Of a stretch of DNA of 64,000 nt, positions 18,433 through 29,900 are shown one piece after another. Location: positions 1 to 64,000 of the IMG/VR virus record IMGVR_UViG_3300045825_000261, one strand, 5' to 3'. Source of the stretch: a virus. The translations under genes were made by a program, and so were the position numbers. Within the stretch, counting starts at the first letter, position 1, and every line of letters starts with the position of its first letter. Below the pieces are notes generated by a model. It was not told the DNA's origin and did not search any database. It saw nothing but the letters and a program-made list of their open reading frames with translations.

Positions 18433-20369
18433 CAGAACCCCCGCTCAGTAGAGCCAGTTACAGTCGCCAGCCCTTCTTTTTTAGTAACTGTAATCACTTC
18501 GTCAATCCACTCACCCAAAGCGTTGTGCGAGATAACCATAACAGTGCCGCGCTCGCGAGCCTTACGCTCAAGAACAGTCATCAGGCGCTCAAGACCAGCA
18601 TCATCCAAAGCATCGTCAATTTCATCAGCAAGGAAAAGGTTGATCGGCTTTGTTGCGCGACTTGCAACCATGTCTTGCAGTGCCATTGCGGTAGCAAGAC
18701 GAACCTTGCGCTTCTCACCGCCAGACAGACCAGCAAAGCTCTCAGCGCCTTTGTCGTTCACAACTTCGATATTGAACTTCTCCTTCAGGTCGCCTTTCGC
18801 TGTCTTACTGAGCGTGTTCCACTCCGCATGAATGTTGCCGTCAGTCAGTGCGCCAAGATAATCGCGGGTACGCTCGTTCAGGTATGGCGTCACCGTGTCG
18901 AGAATGTGAGCACGAACACCGGCGGGGCCGAAAACCTTCACGGCAGCTTCAAGCAATGCCACTTCCGCCTCAATCTCAAGTGTAAGCGCCTCAATTTTTA
19001 CAATATCACTGGCGCACTCTTTGATTGATGTAGTAACTGCCTCAACAGACTTCGTCCAGGGGTTAGGTTCGCCCAACTTCGCCTTCGCAACAATGCCAAT
19101 TGATTCGATTTCTTTCTGCTTACTCTCTATCGCGGAGCGAGTCATGCGTGAAGTAGTCATGCGACCGTTTAAATCGCGCTGTAGCGAAACGGCGGCGCTA
19201 AAGTCGGTCATTGATGCTTGAAAATATTCCGATGTGTTAAAAGCGATTTTGTAAGCTTCAGAAGCATCTTTATACTTGGACAGAATGTCGCGCAGTTCTG
19301 GTTTGAATTTGTCGATCGAAGCCTGTTGTGCGATACGCGCAGCAGCCATGTCTTCCTCATGGTATGCCTTGCCACATTCACCACACGGAGTTCCGACCCG
19401 CTCATCAATCTTGAGCAGCGCAGACTCCATTGATGTGAGCTTCGCTTTGGCGTTTATACCAAGCGTCTTCAGGCGAGTGACCTCATTCTGAGAAGCGGCA
19501 ACGGACGCATTTAGTGCGCGTAGCTCCACCTCTTCAGATTTCTGCAACTTGAGCTTTTCATCCAGCGCGTCAATTTCAGCCTGTATTTTTGAAACGTCCT
19601 CGATTGACGCCTCAAGTTCAGCAATCTTCTCTTTGATCGGCAGAGTTTTGGCAAGCTCAGTCTTTGCACGAAGCTTGCGGCCGGCTTCAAACTCAGCACT
19701 TCCACCCTCAGCCTCGATCAGCTTAACGGCGTAAGAGGCGTGTTTGGTGGAAAGGTCAGCAAGGGAAGATCGAATCGAAGTCAAGCTGGCTGCGCGTAAC
19801 ATGCTGCGCTGGCGAGCAATCGCATAAGCTTTCGACAGAACCTCAACACCTGCCGCCTCTTCGATCAGGAGCTTCAACTGCTTGTCGGTCATTCCTGGCA
19901 GATCGGGCATTTTCTCTTGACCGCAGTAAACGGACGCCATGAACACATCGAGGCTGCAACCCATTACCTGATTGATTACCTCCTGCGTTTCCTTGTCGGT
20001 GCCTTTCGACATATCGGTCAAGCCAATGGCGGTTTGCTGCTCAACAAATACCTGATTCTTGTGAGTTGAATCCTTGCGATAGCGAGTGACGAAATAGCGA
20101 ACAGCGCCATCTTCAATCTCGACCTTGACGCAGCAGTTCTTCTTGGCGACCTTATTCACAACGGCATCGGTCGTTACACCGCGAGCAGTAACGCCATAGA
20201 TCGCCCAGCACAGCGCATCAACGATGGACGACTTACCTGCGCCGTTAGACTTTGCAGAAGGATCGTCAGAATTCACGCCCTGAATCAGCAGCAGACCGCG
20301 ACTGTCCAATTCAATCTCGGCACGCCCAATTGTGAGAAAGTTCTCAATGGTCAGTTTTTTGATTTCCAT
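18432..20369 (-). CDS. sbcC: SbcC/Rad50-like ATPase
   Basis: NGAGKSS, CGEC zinc hook, LSGGE, LADE. Confidence 0.92.
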   Translation of the reverse strand: MEIKKLTIENFLTIGRAEIELDSRGLLLIQGVNSDDPSAKSNGAGKSSIVDALCWAIYGVTARGVTTDAVVNKVAKKNCCVKVEIEDGAVRYFVTRYRKDSTHKNQVFVEQQTAIGLTDMSKGTDKETQEVINQVMGCSLDVFMASVYCGQEKMPDLPGMTDKQLKLLIEEAAGVEVLSKAYAIARQRSMLRAASLTSIRSSLADLSTKHASYAVKLIEAEGGSAEFEAGRKLRAKTELAKTLPIKEKIAELEASIEDVSKIQAEIDALDEKLKLQKSEEVELRALNASVAASQNEVTRLKTLGINAKAKLTSMESALLKIDERVGTPCGECGKAYHEEDMAAARIAQQASIDKFKPELRDILSKYKDASEAYKIAFNTSEYFQASMTDFSAAVSLQRDLNGRMTTSRMTRSAIESKQKEIESIGIVAKAKLGEPNPWTKSVEAVTTSIKECASDIVKIEALTLEIEAEVALLEAAVKVFGPAGVRAHILDTVTPYLNERTRDYLGALTDGNIHAEWNTLSKTAKGDLKEKFNIEVVNDKGAESFAGLSGGEKRKVRLATAMALQDMVASRATKPINLFLADEIDDALDDAGLERLMTVLERKARERGTVMVISHNALGEWIDEVITVTKKEGLATVTGSTERGF

Positions 20370-21418
20370 TACGCCCCCTTTGCTTCGTTCAGAATTTCAC
20401 CGCACAATGCAGCAACCGCTTCTGGGCTTGCGTAACTCTGCGCTTTAACAAAATCATGCACACTCACCTCCAAAGATGCGCCGGCCGACACCGTAGCGCC
20501 ACCTTCTCGTGCTGATGTGGAGACAAATCGTTCAGCGATCACCACAACACCCTTCGCGCCGTTATCAAGCAAGAATTGACGAGACTCTTCCACGTCGCTT
20601 TGCTTGGACGTATTGAGCTTCACGCGAACAAAGTTTCCATCAACAATCAGCGGTATTTCTTCTGGATCGGTTGAAGGATCAATCTCGACAAACTCAGGTG
20701 CGTGACTCTTGTGCCACTTCACACCCTCGTCAGACACAATCAGAAAACCCGCCTTTGAGCCAATGTCAGACCATGTGTGATGCGTGAGGGCTCCAATAGA
20801 ATAGACACCGTTGCCGAAGTCCTTGAAGTTGTGATAATGACCAGAGAACACACGTCTGAATCCAAGTGATGCAAGATACGCTGCGTCCAGACCGTGATCG
20901 GGCACACCGAGAATCACACCGTCGATCGGAGCGTGAAGGATCAAGTCGCACTCAGACACAACAGAAGGGTCTATCGCATCAAGCTTCAACTTGAGCTCGG
21001 CAACATTCTTCTGCCAAGGTATCAATATAAAATCTTCGCTCGAAAGCGTCTCCGCCTCATTGATAACATAACAACCGACATCCTCAAGCGAAGTGATTGC
21101 GCTCGAAATGCGATCAGCCTCTTTGCCTTCAAGATCGTGATTACCTGCATTTATGACGATTTTGAAGCCATCTTTGATAAGGTCACGGTAGCAGTCCTTT
21201 GTTGGATTCAGCACCGACGGGGGCAGACTGCCACGAACATGAAACAGATCACCGCCATGAATGATCGTGTCACCTCCAGCCTTTCGTACTTCGGCAGCGC
21301 AACGCCTTGTCTCGTCCAGAAGAATCTGCAATCGTGAGTTCACGCCATTTGGCAGAGTTTCTGAAAAGGCAGACCAGCTATGGTGATGACTATCTGAGAT
21401 AATTCCGTAAGGGCGCAT
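20369..21418 (-). CDS. sbcD: SbcD/Mre11-like nuclease
   Basis: SDSH, GDLFH, GNHD, GHYH. Confidence 0.9.
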   Translation of the reverse strand: MRPYGIISDSHHHSWSAFSETLPNGVNSRLQILLDETRRCAAEVRKAGGDTIIHGGDLFHVRGSLPPSVLNPTKDCYRDLIKDGFKIVINAGNHDLEGKEADRISSAITSLEDVGCYVINEAETLSSEDFILIPWQKNVAELKLKLDAIDPSVVSECDLILHAPIDGVILGVPDHGLDAAYLASLGFRRVFSGHYHNFKDFGNGVYSIGALTHHTWSDIGSKAGFLIVSDEGVKWHKSHAPEFVEIDPSTDPEEIPLIVDGNFVRVKLNTSKQSDVEESRQFLLDNGAKGVVVIAERFVSTSAREGGATVSAGASLEVSVHDFVKAQSYASPEAVAALCGEILNEAKGA

Positions 21419-21419
21419 A

Positions 21420-21710
21420 TTAAACCTCACACTCGTCTGGAATTTCAAAATATTCACCTTCGGTATAAGGCACTGACGCAACGTAATACCCGATGCTGTT
21501 TACATAACGGTATCCGGAAACAACACAGGTGCAGCCGTCATCACCATCAACCAAAGTCCACACGAGTCGTTCATCGAACTTACCCATCACAAACCTATAC
21601 TCTTCGCCGTAAGTTTCAAACATGAAACCGTCACTTGAGGCGTTTTCATCAAAGTGATTCTTTACCGGCTTGAACTTCTCAAGAAAATGCTCCCAACTTA
21701 TTATGCTCAT
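21420..21710 (-). CDS. hypothetical protein
   Basis: GGAGG RBS before MSIISW. Confidence 0.7.
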   Translation of the reverse strand: MSIISWEHFLEKFKPVKNHFDENASSDGFMFETYGEEYRFVMGKFDERLVWTLVDGDDGCTCVVSGYRYVNSIGYYVASVPYTEGEYFEIPDECEV

Positions 21711-21738
21711 ATAACCTCCATCAGTCATAAGTGACTTA

Positions 21739-21948
21739 TCAACCAAACTTATAAAAAATATGCTGCCCTATTACTGCAACCTTCTTCATTCCACGATCTT
21801 TAGTGACAACCGTACAGACTCGATCAGCATCGTGACCGGCACGATTCCAAGTAACCTGCGCAACGGCGTGCTGCCCCGCAAGCGGTTGTTTGCGACTTTC
21901 GTGATAGATGTTGAGGCTCAGACAAACGAGCGCTGCTGCGAGAACCAT
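21739..21948 (-). pseudogene. SleB/Hydrolase_2 cell-wall hydrolase with large in-frame internal deletion
   Basis: CLSLNIYHESR..AGQHAVAQVTWNR..VC joined directly to IGQHIFY; only 69 aa. Confidence 0.7.
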
Positions 21949-22018
21949 AGCGTCCCTTTCAATTTGTTACTGCGATGTAAGTATGATAATCGAGTAAGTC
22001 AGGAGTGACTATCTTATT

Positions 22019-22381
22019 TTAACGAATTTTTACCGTCTTTTCGATGTACTCAATGGTCGAGAATGGATTGACTCTGAACTTTGCCAATGGCAAACCTCGC
22101 TGACGAGTCTGCTCATGACGAGCAAATGAGTACGGACTACTGAAGAAATCATCAATTAGGGCAATCCAAAATTTCTTTGAACTTCCCTTTCCTGTGACCA
22201 CGCCGGCGGCAATTGCGCCGGCTGTCTTTGCCTTTTCGAGTACCGCAACGTCTAGCAGCCATGCGTTTGTCTTTCTACACACATCACGACTGCGCCTGTG
22301 AGCGAGATACACACCACTGCCGGCATCTAGGTAATACATGCCGGCGAATTCGCCATTAACCGTATGCGGTACTCGAATCAT
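22019..22381 (-). CDS. hypothetical protein
   Basis: TAATG coupling. Confidence 0.7.
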   Translation of the reverse strand: MIRVPHTVNGEFAGMYYLDAGSGVYLAHRRSRDVCRKTNAWLLDVAVLEKAKTAGAIAAGVVTGKGSSKKFWIALIDDFFSSPYSFARHEQTRQRGLPLAKFRVNPFSTIEYIEKTVKIR

Positions 22382-22758
22382 TAAATTCTCCGTAGTGAAA
22401 TTACCGTTGTTTTCTTTTCAACGTTTACAATGTGAGGCCCGTGAATTCGTAACAACACTTTAAAAAGTCTCTCGGCACTCTGCACACCTGAACCTTCCGC
22501 TATCTGGCTATGATTGCCTTCGGAGTGAAGCAGTAGCATTTCCCCAAGCTTACCGACATCAATAGCCTCAACGACAGCTTTGCCAAATACCGACTTTTCC
22601 TTCTCATTCATAAGCAGGACTTCCTCACCGACCTTCAGCCTCGATGCGTAAAATCCGCCAATTCTAAATGTGTTGAATTGCTCTTCAACGCCCAATACAG
22701 GCGGTATAAACCCAATAACTCTTATTTCCATGACGCCCTCTATCAGTGAGTGAGACAC
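22381..22758 (-). CDS. hypothetical protein, ASCH/PUA-like
   Basis: NTFRIG...LKVGEEV...GKAVV pattern. Confidence 0.55.
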   Translation of the reverse strand: MSHSLIEGVMEIRVIGFIPPVLGVEEQFNTFRIGGFYASRLKVGEEVLLMNEKEKSVFGKAVVEAIDVGKLGEMLLLHSEGNHSQIAEGSGVQSAERLFKVLLRIHGPHIVNVEKKTTVISLRRI

Positions 22759-22780
22759 CCAATGATAGAGGGGTGGTGGC

Positions 22781-23788
22781 TTATTTTGGCAACAATGCCG
22801 TCAATTCAGCTTGCAACCCTTCCTTTTCAACCTTTTCAGCAAGCGCTTTTTTGTAATAACTTTTACCGTCAGTCCAAGTTACACGCGCACCGCCTGATGG
22901 TATCAATTTCTTATCCACCAGATAGTCGATCAGGCTCGTGGTGGTATCGAAGCTTGCTGCGCCCAATTCGTCAAACGACATACGCAGCGAAGTCTCACTA
23001 AATGGCTTCGTCAATTTAGACTTCACGCACTGAATCGAAACCATCTGCCCAACAAACTCTTTCTCACCGCCACGCTCTTCCATGATCTTCTTGCGTCCTA
23101 GAGCCAGACGAGCGGTAGCGTAGAACTCCATCGCCTTACCGCCTGGGGTTGTGCGAGGATCGCCATACACAACCCCAGGCTTCAGGCGCATCTGATTCAG
23201 GTACAAAAATGTCGCATTACTTTCTTCGCAGAAGTGAGCCATAGACTTCAGCGTAGTCGATGTAACGCGAGCCAAAGCTGTCGTGTCGTTCATTGAAAGT
23301 TCGTCCAATTCCTTATCGGCGACCGACTTTGGTAAAGCTGCGGCAATCGAGTCGAATACGAACAAGATTGGCGCGTCTTTTGAAATTGCGCCAGATGCAC
23401 GAATCAGACGCGCTGCCTTACCTGCAATCATATTGCCCTCCTCCCAAGTCTTAGGCTTGTGATAAATCCAGTGAGGGCGTTTTGTATTCAGGCCAAACCC
23501 TTCCGCCAAATGAACGTCGAAAGATCGCTCCCAATCAATGAAGCCGGCGACGCCACCCATTCGTTGAGCCTCAACCATCCACTTCGTTGCTAAAGCAGTC
23601 TTGCCCGTTGAGGACTCGCCGAACATTTCAACCATGCGACCGAATGGCAAACCGCCATCATAGCGACCAGACATGATTTTGTTCAGCGGTGGAAAGCCCG
23701 TGTCAATAAACTGCGATACCGCTTGGTTGCCTGCGTTGTCGCCCAACTCTTTAAGCAGCGCTGCTGCCAAGTCATCTGATGCGCTCAT
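22781..23788 (-). CDS. recA: RecA/UvsX-like recombinase
   Basis: GESSTGKT, FDSIAA, LNQMR, TPGGKAMEFYA. Confidence 0.93.
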   Translation of the reverse strand: MSASDDLAAALLKELGDNAGNQAVSQFIDTGFPPLNKIMSGRYDGGLPFGRMVEMFGESSTGKTALATKWMVEAQRMGGVAGFIDWERSFDVHLAEGFGLNTKRPHWIYHKPKTWEEGNMIAGKAARLIRASGAISKDAPILFVFDSIAAALPKSVADKELDELSMNDTTALARVTSTTLKSMAHFCEESNATFLYLNQMRLKPGVVYGDPRTTPGGKAMEFYATARLALGRKKIMEERGGEKEFVGQMVSIQCVKSKLTKPFSETSLRMSFDELGAASFDTTTSLIDYLVDKKLIPSGGARVTWTDGKSYYKKALAEKVEKEGLQAELTALLPK

Positions 23789-24021
23789 TAGAAATGCTCC
23801 TCTTTAGTTTTTTCAGGTTCGACAACTTCATCTTCTTCCATCATCAGCTCAAGACTTTTCGCCACGTCTGCCGTCTTCCAGTAAATTGCAGCGAATGCAA
23901 AAACAAGCGCAGACCCATAGCGGCCAGCCATCGCGAAAGCCAAAGTCATAAAGAAGAAAAAATTCTCCATAATATTCAACACAATGCCAATCAACGCTAC
24001 TTTCATAAAATGAAAATTCAT
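23788..24021 (-). CDS. small membrane protein
   Basis: hydrophobic ORF between the exonuclease and recA. Confidence 0.55.
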   Translation of the reverse strand: MNFHFMKVALIGIVLNIMENFFFFMTLAFAMAGRYGSALVFAFAAIYWKTADVAKSLELMMEEDEVVEPEKTKEEHF

Positions 24022-24022
24022 A

Positions 24023-25024
24023 CTATTTCCCTTCAAACGGACTGCAAAAATGATCCAAGTTTCTCGTGATGCTGGCAAAGTTCAACTCTTGGCACAGTCC
24101 TTCAAACTCGATTTTATTCAATGGTTCGGAAACGATCGTCACGTCCTTCGGGTCAGGCTTTACAACCTTCAACAACTGCATCATCCTCAGATTGCGGTTG
24201 AAAATGATTCGCCCCTGTCCGGGCCACTCGCTCATGTACTTCTTGATCGCCTTGTCGTCAAAGTCATCGCCGGTATAGTTGATAGCCCACTGCTCTTTCG
24301 TCTGATCGCACCGCCCCTTCCACAGATTAACGTGGGGCTTCTTGGTGGGGATGAATGAACCGTCGTCACACTGAGCCCAGAACGCACGAACAGAACCGAA
24401 CTCAGCTATGAACTCTGGCGCACCTTTTTCACCGATACCACCAACGCCAGAAATGCAGTCTGACGAATCGCCTTGCAAACACTTAGCTTCAAGAAAGCCA
24501 TAAGGCGTTTTGCATCCGGTGTAGTCTGTGAAATTCTTCATCGTCACAATCTTGGCGTCGTCGCGCAAATCTCGCCACGTAACGCCTGGACGAACAAGCT
24601 GAAGCCAATCGCCGTCACCGGTAATTAGCACAACCTCGTTACCTTCTTTTGCCATAAGCTGCGAAACAAGCAGTCCAGCAAGATCATCAGCCTCGTGCGT
24701 TGATGCCGTCATTTGACGAATTCCGAGATACTTCAATGCTTTTGTGATGTATGGACGCTGCTCGGCGTAAGCTTCGCGAACCTCCTTCTTTTTTGGATCA
24801 TTGTCACGATTGCTCTTGTATTCAGGACACAGGTCAAACCGCCACTGAGCTTTACCGTCCCAAAGAACAATAATTTGATAGCCTATGTAAGTCGTGCGCA
24901 GTTCGCGCATGGTCTTAATGAAGCCAAAAATCGCTTGCGTTTGAAGACTGCCTGACGTGAGCTTTGTCGCGTGGTGAGCGGCATACCCAACAGAGTTGCC
25001 GTCAATTATCAAAGTACGACTCAT
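24023..25024 (-). CDS. 5'-3' exonuclease / flap endonuclease (PolI N-terminal-like)
   Basis: IIDG, WDG, YKSNR, EADD, GDGD, GDSSD..GVGGIGEK. Confidence 0.92.
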   Translation of the reverse strand: MSRTLIIDGNSVGYAAHHATKLTSGSLQTQAIFGFIKTMRELRTTYIGYQIIVLWDGKAQWRFDLCPEYKSNRDNDPKKKEVREAYAEQRPYITKALKYLGIRQMTASTHEADDLAGLLVSQLMAKEGNEVVLITGDGDWLQLVRPGVTWRDLRDDAKIVTMKNFTDYTGCKTPYGFLEAKCLQGDSSDCISGVGGIGEKGAPEFIAEFGSVRAFWAQCDDGSFIPTKKPHVNLWKGRCDQTKEQWAINYTGDDFDDKAIKKYMSEWPGQGRIIFNRNLRMMQLLKVVKPDPKDVTIVSEPLNKIEFEGLCQELNFASITRNLDHFCSPFEGK

Positions 25025-25040
25025 ATTTTCTCCTTCAGAT

Positions 25041-25070
25041 GAAAACTGCCCAGATTAAGAGGCAGTTTTC
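25041..25070. terminator. hairpin/terminator after the SSB gene
   Basis: GAAAACTGCC...GGCAGTTTTC inverted repeat. Confidence 0.6.
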
Positions 25071-25088
25071 GTTCACAGCTACAGACGA

Positions 25089-25940
25089 TTAGCCTTCAGT
25101 GCCGGTGCTGTCTTCAAACTCGCCAAGCAGATCATCAAGCTCGTCATCAAGAGCCGGTGATGCTTTTGCGGCCTTGATGTTGCGCTCAGATGCTCGCAAG
25201 CCTTCTTCCCGCTGATCATCAAGCGAACTCGCAGATGTTTTTGGACGATCTTCAGCAGATGCCGGTAACAAGCCTGCAACATTGTTGATGGCGTTCAGAG
25301 CACGTTTCTGGTTTTCCTCGTTCTCTTGCAGAACGTATTCGTCCAGATTGTTCAACTTGCCCATTACGTCATCAGGCATAGTCGAACGCTTGGCGCTGAT
25401 CTGAACCGTGTACTTGGTGGTCAAACCTTTGCCATCGCGGTTGATTGTGATGATCTGAGGTTTTTCCTCGTCAAACACGCCAGACGCCCACTCTTCAACG
25501 ATTTCAACAATCTGACCGAAGACAGATTTGCCAACTTCGAGAATTTGAGGGGTTTTTGCTTCTGTCGTATCCAGAGCCAGTACGTTCAACAAATACTTCT
25601 GCTTACGCGCACCGCAAGCCGCTTCATCCAACTGCTTCAAAGTTTCCTCGTCACCAGCATCGGTCATACGAACGGCCTTGCCGATACCTTCGCAAACGGG
25701 ACATGGGCGACCGTAAGTTGCGTCCATGCAAGGGTAGACCGCCTGAATGACACCAGCAGAGTCCTTGATGAAGTGTTGCCCAAACTCGTGAAAGTAGACG
25801 TGCTCTTCGCCTTTGCGCCAGCCTTGCAGCAGAACGTAGCGATTAGCGCCTGGATTTGGTTTGAGAGTTTTTGCCTTTTGTTTCAAGGCGGCCTTTTTCT
25901 GTTTCATAAGACCCATGAGTTTGCTTGTATCCATTGCCAT
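25089..25940 (-). CDS. gp32-like single-stranded DNA-binding protein
   Basis: H..C..CPVC zinc motif, YLLNV, acidic tail; replication context. Confidence 0.7.
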   Translation of the reverse strand: MAMDTSKLMGLMKQKKAALKQKAKTLKPNPGANRYVLLQGWRKGEEHVYFHEFGQHFIKDSAGVIQAVYPCMDATYGRPCPVCEGIGKAVRMTDAGDEETLKQLDEAACGARKQKYLLNVLALDTTEAKTPQILEVGKSVFGQIVEIVEEWASGVFDEEKPQIITINRDGKGLTTKYTVQISAKRSTMPDDVMGKLNNLDEYVLQENEENQKRALNAINNVAGLLPASAEDRPKTSASSLDDQREEGLRASERNIKAAKASPALDDELDDLLGEFEDSTGTEG

Positions 25941-26092
25941 GATGTTTGCTCCTTGTTGAGATTGAATTTAAAAGTTAATGCCTTTAGATTTTCAGTACGC
26001 GACAACCAACCATTCGGAGGATCACCGCGTACCGTTTACCGTTTCAGCAACTATATTATAGCTCACTACTGACTTACGTTACTTGGGAAATG

Positions 26093-26875
26093 TTACGCGG
26101 CTTCCCGTTTTGCCGACGACAGTGCGCGACTACGAAAATCGTCACGTTCACTTTGTTTTTCGAGAACGCGAGCGGCGCCCTTGTATTCATCACGCCGATC
26201 TGCACCCAACTGAATAATCATGTCGCGGCGATCCTTCAGGGCTTCGACGTTTTGCTTATTTATCGAGGCGATCGTGCCGGCTTCAATGACGGTATTCTTT
26301 GCCTTGAACCAGCGAGAGTCGAGCTTGACGGCGTTTTCAACCATCTTCTCAGTAACTTTCTCGCCTGAAGCCACCAACTCCTTACGGTGGTGGTCGTACA
26401 GCGTTGCCTCTACAACCTCGAAGCGAGCCTTCAAGCGATCGTGCTGCGCCTCTGCACGGGCGGCTAATGTGCCGTAATAGGCACGCAGACCGCTTTGTTC
26501 GTACATACACGAATCCAGAGTTTCTTCAGTGACGCGAATGTCCTTGATGAACTTGGAAGAATCGACGTAATGTTGAAGACCGCTTGACGCTGTTTTTGGA
26601 ACATCTTCATCAAGCTCGTCCGAAGCAGCAGTCTCTTCAACAACTTCCGCAACAGACTCTTTCACCTTAACCGGCGCTTCTTCGTCCACTAACTGCTCAG
26701 AAACACTCTCAACAGGCACTTCTTCGACCTTAACAGGCTCTTCGACCTCGACTACGGTCGCAGCAGGCGCTTTCGCAACAGCCTGGCTTTCGACAATCTT
26801 CGCGCTCTCCTCTTCGAGCTCCGCCATCAGCGATTCGATTTCGTCATCCGATACGTCAATTTCTTTTACTGCCAT
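26093..26875 (-). CDS. acidic coiled-coil protein, possible UvsY-like recombination mediator
   Basis: C-terminal KVTEKMVENAV helical region; sits between dnaE and SSB. Confidence 0.5.
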   Translation of the reverse strand: MAVKEIDVSDDEIESLMAELEEESAKIVESQAVAKAPAATVVEVEEPVKVEEVPVESVSEQLVDEEAPVKVKESVAEVVEETAASDELDEDVPKTASSGLQHYVDSSKFIKDIRVTEETLDSCMYEQSGLRAYYGTLAARAEAQHDRLKARFEVVEATLYDHHRKELVASGEKVTEKMVENAVKLDSRWFKAKNTVIEAGTIASINKQNVEALKDRRDMIIQLGADRRDEYKGAARVLEKQSERDDFRSRALSSAKREAA

Positions 26876-26956
26876 TTCGCTCTCCTTACGTTATTGTTGC
26901 GACAAAATAATGATACATATTCAAGTCAGGAGCATAAATCATTCCTGACTTATCTC

Positions 26957-29900
26957 CTACTCTAGCATTTCTGCGACACGTTTGAATACGGAATCCAACA
27001 CCTCTGACTTCGATGGATCAAAAACCAATTGTTGCGCATTCAGGCCACAAACTATCGAGGCATCGAGCTTCGGATCATAGATCACCTTACCGGCGAGCTC
27101 CGCAGTGCCACCTTTCATTCCTGGCATAAAGAATTTGATCGCAGCAGAGCCCAGAGCCACAATGATCGCAGGCTTCACAATCTCAAGCTCATGCTCAAGG
27201 TAGTGTCTGCACCCATTTAGCTGCTCACTGGTCAAGAACTTGTCAGACTTTTTGGCCTTGACTAAGGTCGTGTAATAACCGTCACCAGCAGATAAACCAG
27301 CATTCTTGATCGCTGCTTTAACAAACGCGGCAGAATCGCCTTCAAGCAGCTTATCAGCCCTCTCTTCTTGCCACGAAGGACAATCCGAAACCACCATAAA
27401 CTTCACCGTGGACTTCAAGCGAATGGTTGGGTGAGGCTGACTTGCAAGAGAGCATCCATCGCATTTTTTGTACTCCTGAACGAGAGAGATTATCTTGGCA
27501 CGCAAAAACTTGTCCGATACATCGGTTGTTCTGTCTGACTTAACGGAGTCGATAATCAGTCCAGGCATAAGCTCGGTTTGATCCTTGCGGCGCTCAAAGT
27601 GTCGCGCAGACTTTGATCCAGCTTCAATCGCAGCATAAGCACCGACAAGACCAAGGTTCGCCACAACGGTAGCGTTTACTTTAGAGCCCTGCTCAAGCGC
27701 CGCCAACTCAAACTCTCTTGCAGTATCGAAGCGACCCTTGACCGGAGACTCCAAGTCCATACCCCATACCTCTTCAACCGTGCCGTCACGCTTTTTCTTC
27801 TGACGAATAACAACCCAATCACGATTGCGCTCACGAAGCTCCGCAATTCGCAGCGCGGTATTTTCAGAGATACCCTTCACCGCCGAGAATGGTGCGAGAA
27901 TGTGCTTATCGTCAGGAATGGTGAACTTGTCGCGAGACAGGTTAATGTCTGGCGGAAGAACCTCAATGCCGCAACTACGTGCGTCCGTAACCAATCCTGG
28001 CAACTTGTCCTCTTTCACGATACTCATACACGCAGCAAAGTATTCAGCTGGATAGCGACAGCGAACCCACATTGTCCATACCGAGATAATGGAGTATTCG
28101 ACAGAGTGCGACTTATTGAAACCATAACCAGCAAACGCCTCAATCTTATCAAACAGATTACCCGCCTGCTCTTCTTCCATTCCGGACTTGATCAGACAGC
28201 CGTCAATCCACTTCTGACGCATTTCAGCCATCTTTTCACGGTCCTTCTTACCCATCGCTTTTCTCAAGTGATCAGCTTCAGCCCCAGTAAAGCCGGCAAG
28301 ATCGACTGACAATTGCATGACCTGCTCCTGATACACAATAACGCTGTATGTGCTACCGAGCGCCGCTTCCATATTGGGATGATCATAATATGGCGACTTG
28401 TAGCCTTGCTTAATCGCAACAAAGTCATCCATCAGACCTGAGTCCATTGGGCCAGGGCGGTACAGTGCGGTTGCGGCAGATATGTCTTCAAAGGTCAGGT
28501 CGCCACCTTCGGCAAGTGACTTCAGTAACTTACGCATGCCTGGGCTTTCAAATTGAAACACGCCTGTCGTGTCGCCACGCGCAAACGCATCCATTACATC
28601 TTTCTCTTCGAGTGGAATCTTGAGGTAGTCAACTATAATGCCGTGACGCTCCTTGATGTACTGCTTGGCTATCTCAAGAACATCGAGCGTTGAAAGCCCA
28701 AGAATATCCATCTTGATCAGCCCCCAATCTTCAACAACTCGCTTGTCCCAATTTACGACCGCCGATTCTGCGCGAGTCTCAACGACCGCACGTTCAACGA
28801 GAGGCTCACCAGCAACAACGATACCTGCGGCGTGCTGACCAAACGAACGCATAACACCCTCAAGGCGCAGCGCGTGACCCCAAATCTCAGGATTAGTGTC
28901 TCTGAACTTCTCAAGCTCCGGAACAGCGGCAGCGGCCTCGGTCAACGTAAAAGTCTGACCGTGATCTTTTGGAACAAGCTTCGTTGCCATTAGGTCGATG
29001 CCGCTCATGCCATATACTCGACCAGTGTCGCGTAAAGCAGAGGCAGAAGCGAGCGTTGAGTAGTTCGACACACCGGCAACGTGATCAGCGCCGTACTTTT
29101 CAATCAGGTACTCAACGACCAAATGTCGCTTGCTGGACATGAAGTCAAGATCGGCATCAGGTAAGTCAAGACGCTCAGGATTAATGAAGCGCTCAAACAG
29201 CAGATCAAATCGAATTGGATCAACGTCAGTGATGCCAAGTAAGTACGCGACCAGCGAACCACCGACAGAACCGCGTCCTGGGCCAACGATGATCGAATTC
29301 TCTTTCGACCACATTACCAAGTCCTCAACCAGCAAAAAGTAGCCAGAGAAGCCCATCTTCTTCAAAACACTCAATTCGTATTCGAGGCGAGCCTTGTACC
29401 TTGGCATCAGTTCTGCGGGCGGCAGATAACCGAGAACCGGATGCGTGAAGCGGCGCTTCCAGCCTGCCAGACACTTTTTGCCAAGTGTCATGAACTCATT
29501 GTCTGACATTTTTGGAAGACAAGGCGCTTTCTTCTCAAATTTGTAATTGCACATATTGGCAAGAACTTCGATATTGCGAACACCATCACCCCAAGCCTTC
29601 GATGCGTTTAGATCGTTCCATTCGACCTGACGCTTATGTGCAAGCTTAACCCGCTCAAGAATCTTTGTCGGCGCGTCGAGACAGAAGTCCTTCACGTACT
29701 GCTTTGGACGATACGTTACGGAAAGCTGAGTGTTGCTGGTAATGGCGTTCAATACCTGTAACGTGTCGGCATCGTCATTTTCGCGATACATTGCGGGGTA
29801 TGTGACCAATGTCGGTGCGCCGACATACTCAGCCGCCTTGATCGCTTTCTCGTTAAGCGTATCGAACAGCGGGGTATTGATTGGGCAAAGCTCCGCAAAA

